Both the position numbers and the translations under genes were made by a program. 64,000 nucleotides of DNA, taken from Gemmatimonadales bacterium (lineage in GTDB: Bacteria; Gemmatimonadota; Gemmatimonadetes; Gemmatimonadales; GWC2-71-9). Positions 56,401 through 64,000 of the stretch are shown here, one piece after another. The notes below the pieces were generated by a model, which ran no database searches, was not told where the DNA came from, and was given only the letters and a program-made list of their open reading frames with translations. Position 1 is the first letter of the stretch. The number at the start of each line of letters is the position of its first letter. The DNA lies in the NCBI GenBank assembly GCA_036274515.1, contig DASUFQ010000078.1, forward strand, positions 2,450-66,449, read 5' to 3'.

Positions 56401-57863
56401 CTCGGCGGTCGGGTGCCGTCGACGTGGCGCATGTCGCCGGTGAAGAGCACGTTCTGCCAGGGGCCCTCGAGCGTCCCCACCAGGCTGGCGCGCCCCTGCA
56501 GGGTGATGGTCGGGCTGAGACGCTGCACCGTGCGCAGGTCGATGTCCGACGACGCCAGCGAGAAGGCCCGGAAGCCGAGGCCGTCGGCGCCGCCGGTGAG
56601 GATCCGCCCCTCGCCTTGCAGCCGGCTGGTGGCGCCGCCGGGGATGTCGATGTCGGTCACGCTGACGTCGGCGGTGAGCGCCAGGTCGGTCAGGAACCCG
56701 GTGCCGGCGAGGCGCCCCGACAGGGTGCCGCGGATCGGCAGGGTGTCGAGATAGGGCCGCGCCGCCTCGAGGTCCAGCCGGTCGATTGTCAGGTCCATGT
56801 TCCGGACCCCAAGGCCGCGGCGCAGGTCCGTCAGCACCACGAGCGCGCCGTCCACCGCGGTGCTGTCGTTCCCGAGGTGCAGGTCGGCCAGGGTGATCGT
56901 GGTGCGGCTGGCGTCCTGCGACTTGGCGGTGACGGTGGCGCGCCCCGCGAGCGCGGGGAAGTCCGGCGAGATCCACCGCAGGTCCACCAGGTCGAGCCGG
57001 GTGAACTGCACGCCGAAGTCGAGGAGGAGGGGGCCCTCGGGAAAGGTGAGGACTCCCGCCCCGGTGAACCTCGAGCCGGGAAGCGCGCCGCGCGAGATCT
57101 CGAAGATGACGCTGTCCCCCGGCACCCGCACGCGCCCGCGCGCCTGCAGCAGGCGCACCGCCGGGTCGCTCACCCGGACGCCGAGGGTGTCGATCTGCAG
57201 CGAGAGCGGATCGCGGCCGGGGGTGCTGACCGTCAGGCGGTCGAGCCCCATGGTCAGGGAATCGAACCGGCGGACCTGCTCCAGTCCTTCGACCCCCTCG
57301 ACGATCACCCGGCCGGGAAACGCCCGCTCCGCGGCCAGCGCCGCCTCCCGCTGCCGCGGCGTGGCGCCGGCGGGTGGATCCCACGGGACGCGCAGGGTGA
57401 GGGTGCCCCGGCTGATGCGCAAGTCGTGGAACTCGATGAGCGGCGGCCGCGCCGTGCCGCTGCCCTCCCCGAGGTGCAGCACCTCCTCGTAATTCATCCG
57501 CCCGCTGCGGCGGCGCACGAGGTCGATGACCGGCGCCTCGGCCCGCACCTGCTGGAAGACGAACCGCCCGGCGAGGAGATTGGGGAGCCGGTAGCTGACG
57601 TCGAGCCGGGGGAAGGTGGCCACCGCCTTGCCCGCGCTGTCGGTCAGCACCACGCCGCGAAGCGAGAGGGAGGTCAGGAAGGTGCCCGAGACCTCGCCGA
57701 TGGTGAGGTTGCCGCGGAAGACCCGGTCGGAGAGCTCGGTCACCGTGCGCGCAAGGAGCCGCCGGCCGGGGGAGGCAACGGTCAGGGCCGCCAGGAGCCC
57801 TGCGACGAGGGCGAGCGTCCCGAAGCCCACCACGAAGACGATGTGCGCAAGGCGGCGCCGCAT
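53451..57863 (-). CDS. tamB: translocation and assembly module protein TamB (AsmA-like, DUF490 C-terminus)
   Basis: 1470 aa with an N-terminal TM anchor, a long repetitive beta-rich body and a conserved C-terminal block ending ...DVLWEQEF. It overlaps the upstream Omp85 gene by 1 nt. Confidence 0.85.
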   Translation of the reverse strand: MRRRLAHIVFVVGFGTLALVAGLLAALTVASPGRRLLARTVTELSDRVFRGNLTIGEVSGTFLTSLSLRGVVLTDSAGKAVATFPRLDVSYRLPNLLAGRFVFQQVRAEAPVIDLVRRRSGRMNYEEVLHLGEGSGTARPPLIEFHDLRISRGTLTLRVPWDPPAGATPRQREAALAAERAFPGRVIVEGVEGLEQVRRFDSLTMGLDRLTVSTPGRDPLSLQIDTLGVRVSDPAVRLLQARGRVRVPGDSVIFEISRGALPGSRFTGAGVLTFPEGPLLLDFGVQFTRLDLVDLRWISPDFPALAGRATVTAKSQDASRTTITLADLHLGNDSTAVDGALVVLTDLRRGLGVRNMDLTIDRLDLEAARPYLDTLPIRGTLSGRLAGTGFLTDLALTADVSVTDIDIPGGATSRLQGEGRILTGGADGLGFRAFSLASSDIDLRTVQRLSPTITLQGRASLVGTLEGPWQNVLFTGDMRHVDGTRPPSALSGWIRLDTRTPLTAFDGDLTLDSLSFEGIRAGYPTLTALGALRGQVRMAGTLERLDLDADVSGQVGAIRAHGPATLSAPHWGGDSLDIEFRRLDLHSLRGEGPTSDLAGRVLVVGSIDTLRAPEGTIAGALGPGRFDAFRIDTATARLGVRDSVLIVDTLEVAWHAGSLSGAGTLGWAAPHEGQMELTARLDSLGAFDSLVVARLELEPDTTGALEGFGRLDFSLAGSLDSLVASGFATASQVAFRGARMHHLSATFGWVGGDRPHLSVETLADTVASGSLVTTDVRAGVVGWVDSLQWTGSFEAGEGGFFAATGRYASEGETRSFAIDSLSVGSSARPWRLRAPAVAERTDSGMVLSPLRLASVDGSGAVNISGILPGDAPGRVNVDLYGLSLRDVSGMFRGDTAGLSGSIGADLEISGTRQAPLIQGTASLGDAVFGDFRAPFIQGILHYESRLLEGNLSIWKTGQRIFGIEVALPVDLALTGVPNRQVDGPLAIRALADSLDLGTLEAFTTRVRRVSGTLSADVRVEGTWEAPRLAGFLDIHGGSATVPALGIRYSSINGHARFMDDSLALDSLALRSAPSDGTLHASGSVRFTPLTNPELNLRLVATDFLASDIRNFLTLDVSGRMRLTGSFDRPALTGTMTANRGALYFADLVTKDVVDLDDPEFRDLLDQRFQRLLQRGYSTRSRFLDSLRVDNLTVRVGDAFWLRSNEANIQLGGQVRVDKLRRDYRVDGRLDALRGNYTLAIGPVRRDFKVTKGQVRFLGTPDLNADLDIEAEHTVRPLDGSQDVPVIAKITGTMLEPELQLSSTILPPISETTLVSYLMFRRPASNLQTTGGGAGDQQQALNLGLAYLSGAVSSELQRTLITDLRVPVDYIELRPGTAGGAYGSSTATQLAAGWQVGRKTFLTFSAGICTTGGATSYKNIGASFEYRFARGFRFLASFEPSASCTADQQTAPITTNDRYQAGLDVLWEQEF

Positions 57864-59977
57864 CAGAACGCCTGCCCCACGGCAAAATGGAAGACGAACC
57901 GGTCGGGATTCCCGGGCGGGAGGTAGGAGTCGCGGATCTTGTAGACCGCGTCCTGGTGGCTGAGGTAGAGCGCTCCCGCCTGCTGCGGGTAGCCGTTGTA
58001 CCCCACGTCGAGCCGCACCGGGCCAAGGGGGGTGACCAGCCGGAGGCCGACGCCGGGGGTCACCCGGATCCGCGGTTCGTTCTCGTAGCGGTCCCAGAGC
58101 ACGCCGGCGTCCACGAAGGCCGCCCAGCGGAAGATCCGGCCCAGGAACGGCGAGGGCATCCGCAGTTCGAGGTTCCCGACGCCCAGCATGTTGCCGCCGA
58201 TTGGCGAGAAGCGCAGCGCGCCCGGCGGGATCGGGGTCCCGGGGAGGTTGGTGGTGTCCACCGGCACGCTGTCGTTGACGATCAGGTAGTTGATCGGGCC
58301 CAGGCCGTTCAGCTGGTAGCCCCGCACGTCATTGGGGCCGCCGGCGTAGAACCGGTTGGCGGGCGGGACGTACCGGGTCTCCTCGGTGCTGTTGAACGAG
58401 GTGAGGGGCGCCCAGATGAACCCGCCGCGGAGGCGGAGGCTGAGCACCGACTGGCGCGACACCGTGCGGTACCAGGCCCGGTCCGCCACGAACAGGAAGA
58501 ATTGCTGGCTCTCGCTCGAGCCGAGGACCTGGGCGCTCACCGTCGCCTGGAAGGTGGTGCGCGAACCGCGGGTGGGATCCACCGGGTTGTCGAGCGACGG
58601 GAAGGTGGCGGAGGCGCCGAGGGCGCCGAGCCCCTGGTCGGAGCTCAGGCGCTCGATGTCGGTGGCGCTGCAGACGTCGAGCGAGACGCAGAAGCTCGCC
58701 GGGCTCGCCTGGGTGCTGCCGTAGGTGTACGCGTAGGTGAGCGAGAGCTTGGCCTGGCGCAGCGTCTCGCGGCTCAGGGTGAGGCCGGCGCCCAGCTCCT
58801 GGCGGAGGTACACCAGGTAGTCGGAGCGGCGGTCGGCGAAGATCGTGGTCGTCAGGGTGTTGTGCGGCGAGATGAACGCCGGCCGCCGCAGCGAGACTGC
58901 GAGGCTGTAGTTGACGACCCCTGAGCCGAGGGTGTCCGGCTTGAGCTGCTGGCAGAGGAAGCCGTCCTCCATGCCCCAGTCCGTGGGGGTTCCCACGCCG
59001 ATCTTGGAAAGCCGCCCGCTGATGTCGAGGATGCGGCCGCCGCCACCGAAATCCCGGAAGGTGATGCCGGCGCCGACGCGGAGGCAGTCCTCGGTGGCGT
59101 AGCCCACGCTGCCGCGCGCCCGGCGCGGCTTGCTCTCCGCCACCCGCACCGAGAGCGGGACCGAGTCCGACGCCGGGTCGTACGTGGTGCTGTCGATCCC
59201 CACCGCGGCAAAGCTGAACAGCTCCGAGCGGTAGAGGTTGCGCTGGCTTCGGTAGAGGTCCTCCTGCGAGAAGAGCTGGCCGGGCCGGGTGCCCAGCAGC
59301 TTGCGGACGACCTCCGGGGACACCCGCTTCGTTCCCGTCACGGTGATGGAGCTGATGTCCGAGAGCGGCCCCGGCTGGAGATCGATCGCCGCGTCGGCCA
59401 CCAGCTCGGCCTTGTCCCGCTCGAAGCTCTGGAAGGCGAGCGCGTCGGGATAGCCGCGGTCGCGGAGGCGCCGGACCAGGGTGTCGGCGGTGGCATCGAG
59501 CAGGATGCGATTGAACGGGTCCCCGGGGCGGAGCGGCAGGTCGCGCGCGATGACCTCGGGCTTCGCCACGGAGTCGAGTCCGAGGATCTGCAGCGAGTCG
59601 AGCCGGACCGGCTCGCCCTCCACGATGAGGAAGGTGATGTAGATGTCCTTCGGCGTCCGCCGGACGAGGGTGTCGACCTCCGCGTTCAGGTACCCGCTCT
59701 TGCGGTACAGCAGCGTGATCCGGAGGATGTCACGGTCGAACTCCACCTGGTCGAAGTAACGCTTTTCCCCGAGGCCCATCCAGCGGACCAGGCCGGAGCG
59801 CGCGAACCACGCCGAATTGGTGGTGGCGATGGCGGCCGAGAGCTGCGTCGCGTCGAGCGCGTGGTTCCCCTTGAAGGACAGGCCACGGATGACCAGTTCC
59901 TCGTCCTGAGCCGCGAGCGGCTGGACGATCCACAACCCCACGACCATCGCCAGGAGCGCGCGCCCCGGCACGCTCAC
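57863..59977 (-). CDS. tamA: Omp85-family outer-membrane protein (TamA/BamA-like, POTRA + barrel)
   Basis: POTRA-like repeats (IRGLSFKGNHAL...), a barrel with RGY-type motifs (NDVRGYQLNGLGP), ending ...FAVGQAF. The start is uncertain (GTG 59977 or ATG 59947). Confidence 0.85.
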   Translation of the reverse strand: MSVPGRALLAMVVGLWIVQPLAAQDEELVIRGLSFKGNHALDATQLSAAIATTNSAWFARSGLVRWMGLGEKRYFDQVEFDRDILRITLLYRKSGYLNAEVDTLVRRTPKDIYITFLIVEGEPVRLDSLQILGLDSVAKPEVIARDLPLRPGDPFNRILLDATADTLVRRLRDRGYPDALAFQSFERDKAELVADAAIDLQPGPLSDISSITVTGTKRVSPEVVRKLLGTRPGQLFSQEDLYRSQRNLYRSELFSFAAVGIDSTTYDPASDSVPLSVRVAESKPRRARGSVGYATEDCLRVGAGITFRDFGGGGRILDISGRLSKIGVGTPTDWGMEDGFLCQQLKPDTLGSGVVNYSLAVSLRRPAFISPHNTLTTTIFADRRSDYLVYLRQELGAGLTLSRETLRQAKLSLTYAYTYGSTQASPASFCVSLDVCSATDIERLSSDQGLGALGASATFPSLDNPVDPTRGSRTTFQATVSAQVLGSSESQQFFLFVADRAWYRTVSRQSVLSLRLRGGFIWAPLTSFNSTEETRYVPPANRFYAGGPNDVRGYQLNGLGPINYLIVNDSVPVDTTNLPGTPIPPGALRFSPIGGNMLGVGNLELRMPSPFLGRIFRWAAFVDAGVLWDRYENEPRIRVTPGVGLRLVTPLGPVRLDVGYNGYPQQAGALYLSHQDAVYKIRDSYLPPGNPDRFVFHFAVGQAF

Positions 59978-60132
59978 GCGGCGTCCCCCGCGGAGCCGGG
60001 GGCGCTCGTAATTGACGGCATGCTGTAAGATGCCTAGTTTCTTCACCTTACGCCACGGCGGGGGCGCTTCTGGCTCCCCCCTCCTTCCGGTGCGCGGACC
60101 ACCCGTCTCCAACCCGCACGGACCACCTGCCG

Positions 60133-61665
60133 ATGACGCGCTCGCTGCTCGCCGCTGTACTGGTTCTGGCCGCCTGTGAAGGCGCCGGCGGGCCGCGTTC
60201 CCTGACCTACTATTTCACCGCCGACCCGCGCTCCCTCGACCCCGCCTTTTCGACCGACGTGCCGAGCGGGGAGCTCATCGCCACCCTCTTCGACAACGTG
60301 ACCCAGTTCGACGCCGACGGGCGCCTGGTGCCCGGCCTGGCCACCCGGTGGGAGGCCGACCGCACCGGCGCCGTCTACACCTTCCATCTGCGGCGCGACG
60401 CCACCTTCCACGACGGCCGGCCGATCACCGCGCACACCGTCCGCGCCTCGTTTCGCCGGGTGCTGTCGCTGGCGTCGAAGGGGTCGCGCACCTGGACCCT
60501 GACCCCGATCCTCGGGGCGGCCGCCTACGCCGCCGGCACCGCGGATGACATCGCGGGGCTCGCGGTGCCGGACGACTCCACCGTCGTCATCACGCTCGAG
60601 GAACCGCTCAACGTCTTTCCCAAGCTGCTGGCCATGCCCGCCTCGGCCATCGTGCCCGAGTCGATCGGCCCCGACTTCAGCGAGCGACCGGTCGGGAGCG
60701 GGCCCTGGAAATTCGTGTCCTGGTCGCACGACGACGCGGTCCTCCTCGCCGCCAACGCCGAATACTGGGGCGGGCCGCCGGCGTCGGACACCCTCCGGGT
60801 GCGCATCATTCCCGAGCCGCTCACGCAGGCGGCGGAGTTCGAGTTCGGGCAGCTGGCGGTGGTGGAGGTGCCCTTCAGCGAAACGGCGCGGTGGGAGGCG
60901 GAGCACGCGGCGGAGCTGCAGCGCCGCGCCGCGCTCCGGGCACTCTATGTGGCCATCAACACCCGGCGCGGGCCGCTCCAGGACGTGCGGGTGCGCCGCG
61001 CCCTCAACCTCGGCGTCGACGCCGGCACCATGCTCCGGAACGTCATGTCGGGACGCGGGGTGCTCTCCGCCGGCGCCATTCCCCCCGGGCTGGAGGGATA
61101 CGACAGCACCCGCGCCCCGTACCCGTACGACCCGGCCGCGGCGCGCGCCCTCCTGGCCGAGGCGGGGTATCCCGACGGGATCACGCTGAAGCTGTGGCGG
61201 ACGCAGCGGACGGAGCTGGCCCGGATCGCCCAGGCCATCCAGCAGAGCCTCGCGCTCGCCGGCGTCACGATCGAGATCGTCGAGCGCGACGCGTCCAGCG
61301 CGCGCGCCGCCTCCTCCAAGGGCGAGGCCGACCTCTTCCTCACCGACTGGTACGCCGACTACCCGGACCCGGAGAGCTTCAACTACCCGACCTTCTACTC
61401 GAAGAACGCGGGGAGCGGCGGCAACCGGGCCTTCTATGCCGATCCGGTGACCGACCGCATGATCATGCGGGCGCGCGGGACCCCCGACGCGGCGCTCAAG
61501 GACAGCCTGAGCCGGGCCATCGACGCGCGCATCTTCGACGCGGCGCCCTGGATCTTCCTCTGGTTTCCGGCGGACCTCTGGGCCGAGCGCGCCGACGTGA
61601 CCGGCTGGGAAATCCCCGCCATCTTCAACGGCCAGCGCTGGCGCACCGCCCGGCGGGTGCCGTGA
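60133..61665 (+). CDS. peptide/nickel ABC transporter substrate-binding lipoprotein (family 5)
   Basis: Lipobox LVLAAC. SBP_bac_5 pattern (DPA...LFD.L......G...P.LA..W). Confidence 0.9.
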   Translation: MTRSLLAAVLVLAACEGAGGPRSLTYYFTADPRSLDPAFSTDVPSGELIATLFDNVTQFDADGRLVPGLATRWEADRTGAVYTFHLRRDATFHDGRPITAHTVRASFRRVLSLASKGSRTWTLTPILGAAAYAAGTADDIAGLAVPDDSTVVITLEEPLNVFPKLLAMPASAIVPESIGPDFSERPVGSGPWKFVSWSHDDAVLLAANAEYWGGPPASDTLRVRIIPEPLTQAAEFEFGQLAVVEVPFSETARWEAEHAAELQRRAALRALYVAINTRRGPLQDVRVRRALNLGVDAGTMLRNVMSGRGVLSAGAIPPGLEGYDSTRAPYPYDPAAARALLAEAGYPDGITLKLWRTQRTELARIAQAIQQSLALAGVTIEIVERDASSARAASSKGEADLFLTDWYADYPDPESFNYPTFYSKNAGSGGNRAFYADPVTDRMIMRARGTPDAALKDSLSRAIDARIFDAAPWIFLWFPADLWAERADVTGWEIPAIFNGQRWRTARRVP

Positions 61666-62582
61666 CGCGGTTCCTCGCCTGGCGGCTCCTCGTGGTCCTG
61701 CCGACCCTCTTCGGCGTGCTCGTGGTCGCGTTCCTCCTCCTCCACGTCGCGCCGGGCGACCCGGTCCAGGCCATGGTCGGGGAACGCGCCGATTCCGCCA
61801 CGATCGTCCGCCTGCGCGCGGAGCTGCATCTCGACGAACCCCTCCCGAAGCGGTTCCTGCTCTACACCGCGGGCATCGTGCGGGGGGACCTCGGCAAGAG
61901 CTACATTACCGGGCGGCCGATCCTGGGCGAGCTGCTCCACCGCTTCCCCTACACCCTGCGGCTCGCGCTGGCGGCGATGCTCCTGGCGGTGAGCGGCGGC
62001 ATGCTGGTCGGGATCGTCGGCGCCTGGCGACCGGGCGGATGGTTCGACCGCATCATGACGCTGGGCGCGTACCTCGGGGTCTCGTTCCCGGTGTACTGGG
62101 TGGGGCTCCTGCTGATCCTGATCTTCGCGGTGCAGCTGCACTGGCTGCCGCCCTCCGGGTCGGGCGGGCTCGCGTTCCTCGTCCTGCCGGCACTGACCCT
62201 CGGCATGCGGTCGGTGGCGGTCATCGCGCGGATGACGCGCGCCGCCATGCAGGAGGTGCTGCAGGCCGACTACATCCGTTCCGCCCGCGCCATCGGGCTG
62301 GGCGAACGGCGCGTCGTGCTGCGCCACGGGCTCCGGAACGCCCTGCTGCCGGTCATCACCGTCATCGGCCTGGACTTCGGCAGCTACCTGACCGGCTCCA
62401 TCCTGACCGAGACCATCTTCTCGTGGCCGGGCGTCGGGCGCTTCGTGCTCAACGCCATCAGCAAGCGGGACCTCCCCGCCATCCAGGGGAGCATTCTCTT
62501 CCTCAGCGTCGTGTTCGTCCTTGTCAACCTCGTCACCGACCTCGTCTATGCCAAAGCCGATCCCCGGATCTCCTATGATTGA
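61662..62582 (+). CDS. peptide/nickel ABC transporter permease (DppB/OppB type)
   Basis: VVLPTLFGVLVVAFLLLHVAPGDP N-terminus and the EAA-loop region. GTG start in a GTGA overlap with the binding-protein stop. Confidence 0.9.
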   Translation: MTRFLAWRLLVVLPTLFGVLVVAFLLLHVAPGDPVQAMVGERADSATIVRLRAELHLDEPLPKRFLLYTAGIVRGDLGKSYITGRPILGELLHRFPYTLRLALAAMLLAVSGGMLVGIVGAWRPGGWFDRIMTLGAYLGVSFPVYWVGLLLILIFAVQLHWLPPSGSGGLAFLVLPALTLGMRSVAVIARMTRAAMQEVLQADYIRSARAIGLGERRVVLRHGLRNALLPVITVIGLDFGSYLTGSILTETIFSWPGVGRFVLNAISKRDLPAIQGSILFLSVVFVLVNLVTDLVYAKADPRISYD

Positions 62583-64000
62583 CGCCGCGCGGCGCACCCT
62601 CCCCCTCCTCGTGCTGGCCACGCTCTTCGGGGCCGGCGCGGCCGGGGCGCAGGCGCTCCAGAAACGGGTGGACGCGAAGCTCGCCGCCTCGCCGCTCGAT
62701 CACAACCTCTGGGGGATCGTGCTCCTCGATCCGGCCGGGAAACAGCTCTACGGCCGCAACGCCGACCGGATGTTCATCCCGGCGAGCAACACGAAGCTCG
62801 TGGTGAGCGCGGTGGCGGCCGCCCTCCTTCCGCCCGACTGGACGGTGCAGACCAGCGTCTACGCCGACGGGCCGGTGGACGCCGGCGTCCTCCAGGGGGA
62901 CCTGATCCTCTACGGCCGCGGCGACCCCACCATGGGTGTCCGCTGCTACGCGGTCGACACCACCGCCCCGGGGGCGTGCGACACCGACCCCTCGGACCGC
63001 TTCCGGCGGCTCGCCGGCGCGATGCGCGCCGGCGGCATCACCACCGTCACCGGCGACATCATCGGGGACGGCAGCTACTTCCACGACGAGCTCGTGAACG
63101 GGGATTGGGAGGCCTACGACCTGAACTGGTGGTACGCCGCGCCGGTGTCCGGGCTCGGGTTCAACGACAACAGCATCGACTTCACCTACGCGCCCGGCGC
63201 CACCGTCGGCGCCCCGGCCACGATCTCCTTCACGCCGAATTTCGGCACCGTGGCGTTCGAGAACCGGACGCGCACCGTCCCCGCGGGGCGGCCCACCACC
63301 ATCGACTTCTACCGCGAGGTGGGCACCCTCCGGGTCTGGGCCGAGGGCGACGTGGCGCTCGATTCGCGAGGCGGCAAGGAATATTTCGCCCTCCCCGACC
63401 CCGACCACTTCGCCGCCTCCGCGCTGCGCGCCGCCCTGGCCGACAGCGGCATCGCGGTGCTCGGCGCCACCCGCTCCACCACCGACTCGATGCTCTACCG
63501 CGCGGCGCGCCTCGGGACGCCCCTCGCCGAGGTTTCCTCACGCCCCGTCAAGGACTGGATCTTCCCGATCCTCAACACCAGCCAGAACTGGTTCGCGGAA
63601 ATGCTGCTCAAGCAGCTCGGCCGCCAGTTCGGCGGGGACGGGTCGTGGAAGGGCGGGCTTGCGGTGGAGCGCCGCTTCCTGATCGACTCGATGCACGTCG
63701 ACTCCACCGAGTTCGCACTGCGCGACGGCTCGGGGCTCTCCAGCTCCAACCTCGTGTCGCCGAAGGCCTTCGCGACGCTGCTGTCGTGGATGCGAAAGCA
63801 CCCGAACTATCCGTCGTTCGCGGCGGGGTTGCCCCAGTCGGGGCAGCGCGGCTCGCTCCGGACGCGGTTCGTCGGCACCCCGCTCGAAGGGCTCGTCCGC
63901 GCGAAGACCGGCAGCATCAGCCGCGTCAACACCCTGTCCGGGTATATCGACCTGCCGGGGCGCACCCTCGCCTTCTCCGTCCAGGCCAACAACCACACCC
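62575..64000 (+). CDS. dacB: D-alanyl-D-alanine carboxypeptidase/endopeptidase (PBP4, peptidase S13), 3' end outside window
   Basis: Frame 1 is open from ATG 62575 to the window end (not in the ORF track because it has no stop). Signal peptide MIDAARRTLPLLVLATLFGAGAAGAQA, SNTK (SxxK) and KTGS (KTG) motifs. Confidence 0.85.
   Translation, partial: MIDAARRTLPLLVLATLFGAGAAGAQALQKRVDAKLAASPLDHNLWGIVLLDPAGKQLYGRNADRMFIPASNTKLVVSAVAAALLPPDWTVQTSVYADGPVDAGVLQGDLILYGRGDPTMGVRCYAVDTTAPGACDTDPSDRFRRLAGAMRAGGITTVTGDIIGDGSYFHDELVNGDWEAYDLNWWYAAPVSGLGFNDNSIDFTYAPGATVGAPATISFTPNFGTVAFENRTRTVPAGRPTTIDFYREVGTLRVWAEGDVALDSRGGKEYFALPDPDHFAASALRAALADSGIAVLGATRSTTDSMLYRAARLGTPLAEVSSRPVKDWIFPILNTSQNWFAEMLLKQLGRQFGGDGSWKGGLAVERRFLIDSMHVDSTEFALRDGSGLSSSNLVSPKAFATLLSWMRKHPNYPSFAAGLPQSGQRGSLRTRFVGTPLEGLVRAKTGSISRVNTLSGYIDLPGRTLAFSVQANNHT

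Noticed and set aside
53160-57926. Very long ORFs antisense to real genes. Examples: 1588 aa at 53160-57926 (+), 1222 aa at 49251-52919 (+), 757 aa at 6112-8385 (+), 676 aa at 16637-18667 (+) and 430 aa at 167-1459 (-).
   Set aside because: Their translations are Arg/Pro/Gly/Ala-rich low-complexity sequence with no domain signatures. Each lies opposite an ORF with clear family motifs (TamB, histidine kinase, PBP1A, PorX-like, NtrC-like). Stop-poor antisense frames of this kind are expected at ~70 % G+C.
60001-60060. A promoter and hairpin (TTGACG...GGCAT-gctgtaag-ATGCC...TAGTTT) in the TamA/binding-protein divergent gap, as a reportable regulatory element.
   Set aside because: The -35/-10 assignment is ambiguous, since several registers are possible, and the hairpin has only a 5-bp stem. 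This is too weak to list as a feature without transcript data.

Overview
This is a 64-kb window from a very GC-rich bacterial chromosome (about 70 % G+C by eye, with strong GC3 bias). The organism is diderm. The protein set (PorX-like receiver-PglZ regulator, TamA/TamB, Omp85 barrels, cytochrome-c/FTR1 permease) suggests Gemmatimonadota or the FCB group, but that is inference only. I call about 60 CDS. Most sit in long co-directional chains joined by ATGA/GTGA start-stop overlaps. The main blocks are:
- 1-4.3 kb: a histidine kinase, a sigma-54 regulator and an unusual Omp85 barrel.
- 4.3-11.7 kb: HNH nuclease, amidohydrolase, PBP1A, tyrS, a class-V aminotransferase and a lone peptide-ABC permease.
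- 11.7-21.5 kb: an envelope-glycan region with a patatin-ferredoxin fusion, GT2, CgeB-like GT, MsbA-like exporter and PorX-like regulator, divergent from GT9 heptosyltransferase, a nucleotidyltransferase and a TagF-like phosphotransferase.
- 22-29.7 kb: a housekeeping chain yebC-ruvC-ruvA-(zinc ribbon)-ruvB-queA-tgt-yajC-def-fmt-thiE.
- 29.7-33.7 kb: DinB-family protein, S41 peptidase and an ankyrin protein.
- 33.7-35.9 kb: a lower-GC islet of orphan secreted proteins.
- 35.9-42.1 kb: thiS-thiG-rsmB-PASTA-rpe-TlpA-tsaD-lgt.
- 42.4-44.6 kb: a cytochrome-c/FTR1 iron permease.
- 44.6-60 kb: an 11-gene minus-strand chain TamA-TamB-lipid kinase-GAF/PAS kinase-sigma-54 regulator-8-Cys miniprotein-NlpC/P60-HAD-CYTH-tail-anchored protein-AcpS.
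- 60-64 kb: peptide-ABC binding protein, a permease and PBP4.
I saw no rRNA, tRNA, CRISPR array, transposase or integrase. The most interesting signals are non-coding:
- A self-contained, structured RNA gene of about 170 nt with its own promoter and terminator (42.2-42.4 kb).
- A (GAGGACT)n heptamer-array family confined to the first 12 kb. It supplies stop codons and C-terminal tails to flanking genes.
- Two near-identical CCCCCTCTCC/GGAGAGGGGG hairpins inserted in frame in tgt and in a sigma-54 regulator.
- A perfect 10-copy octanucleotide repeat upstream of an outer-membrane protein gene.
Coordinates were worked out by hand from the ORF track. Start codons, many of them GTG/TTG, are the least certain part.
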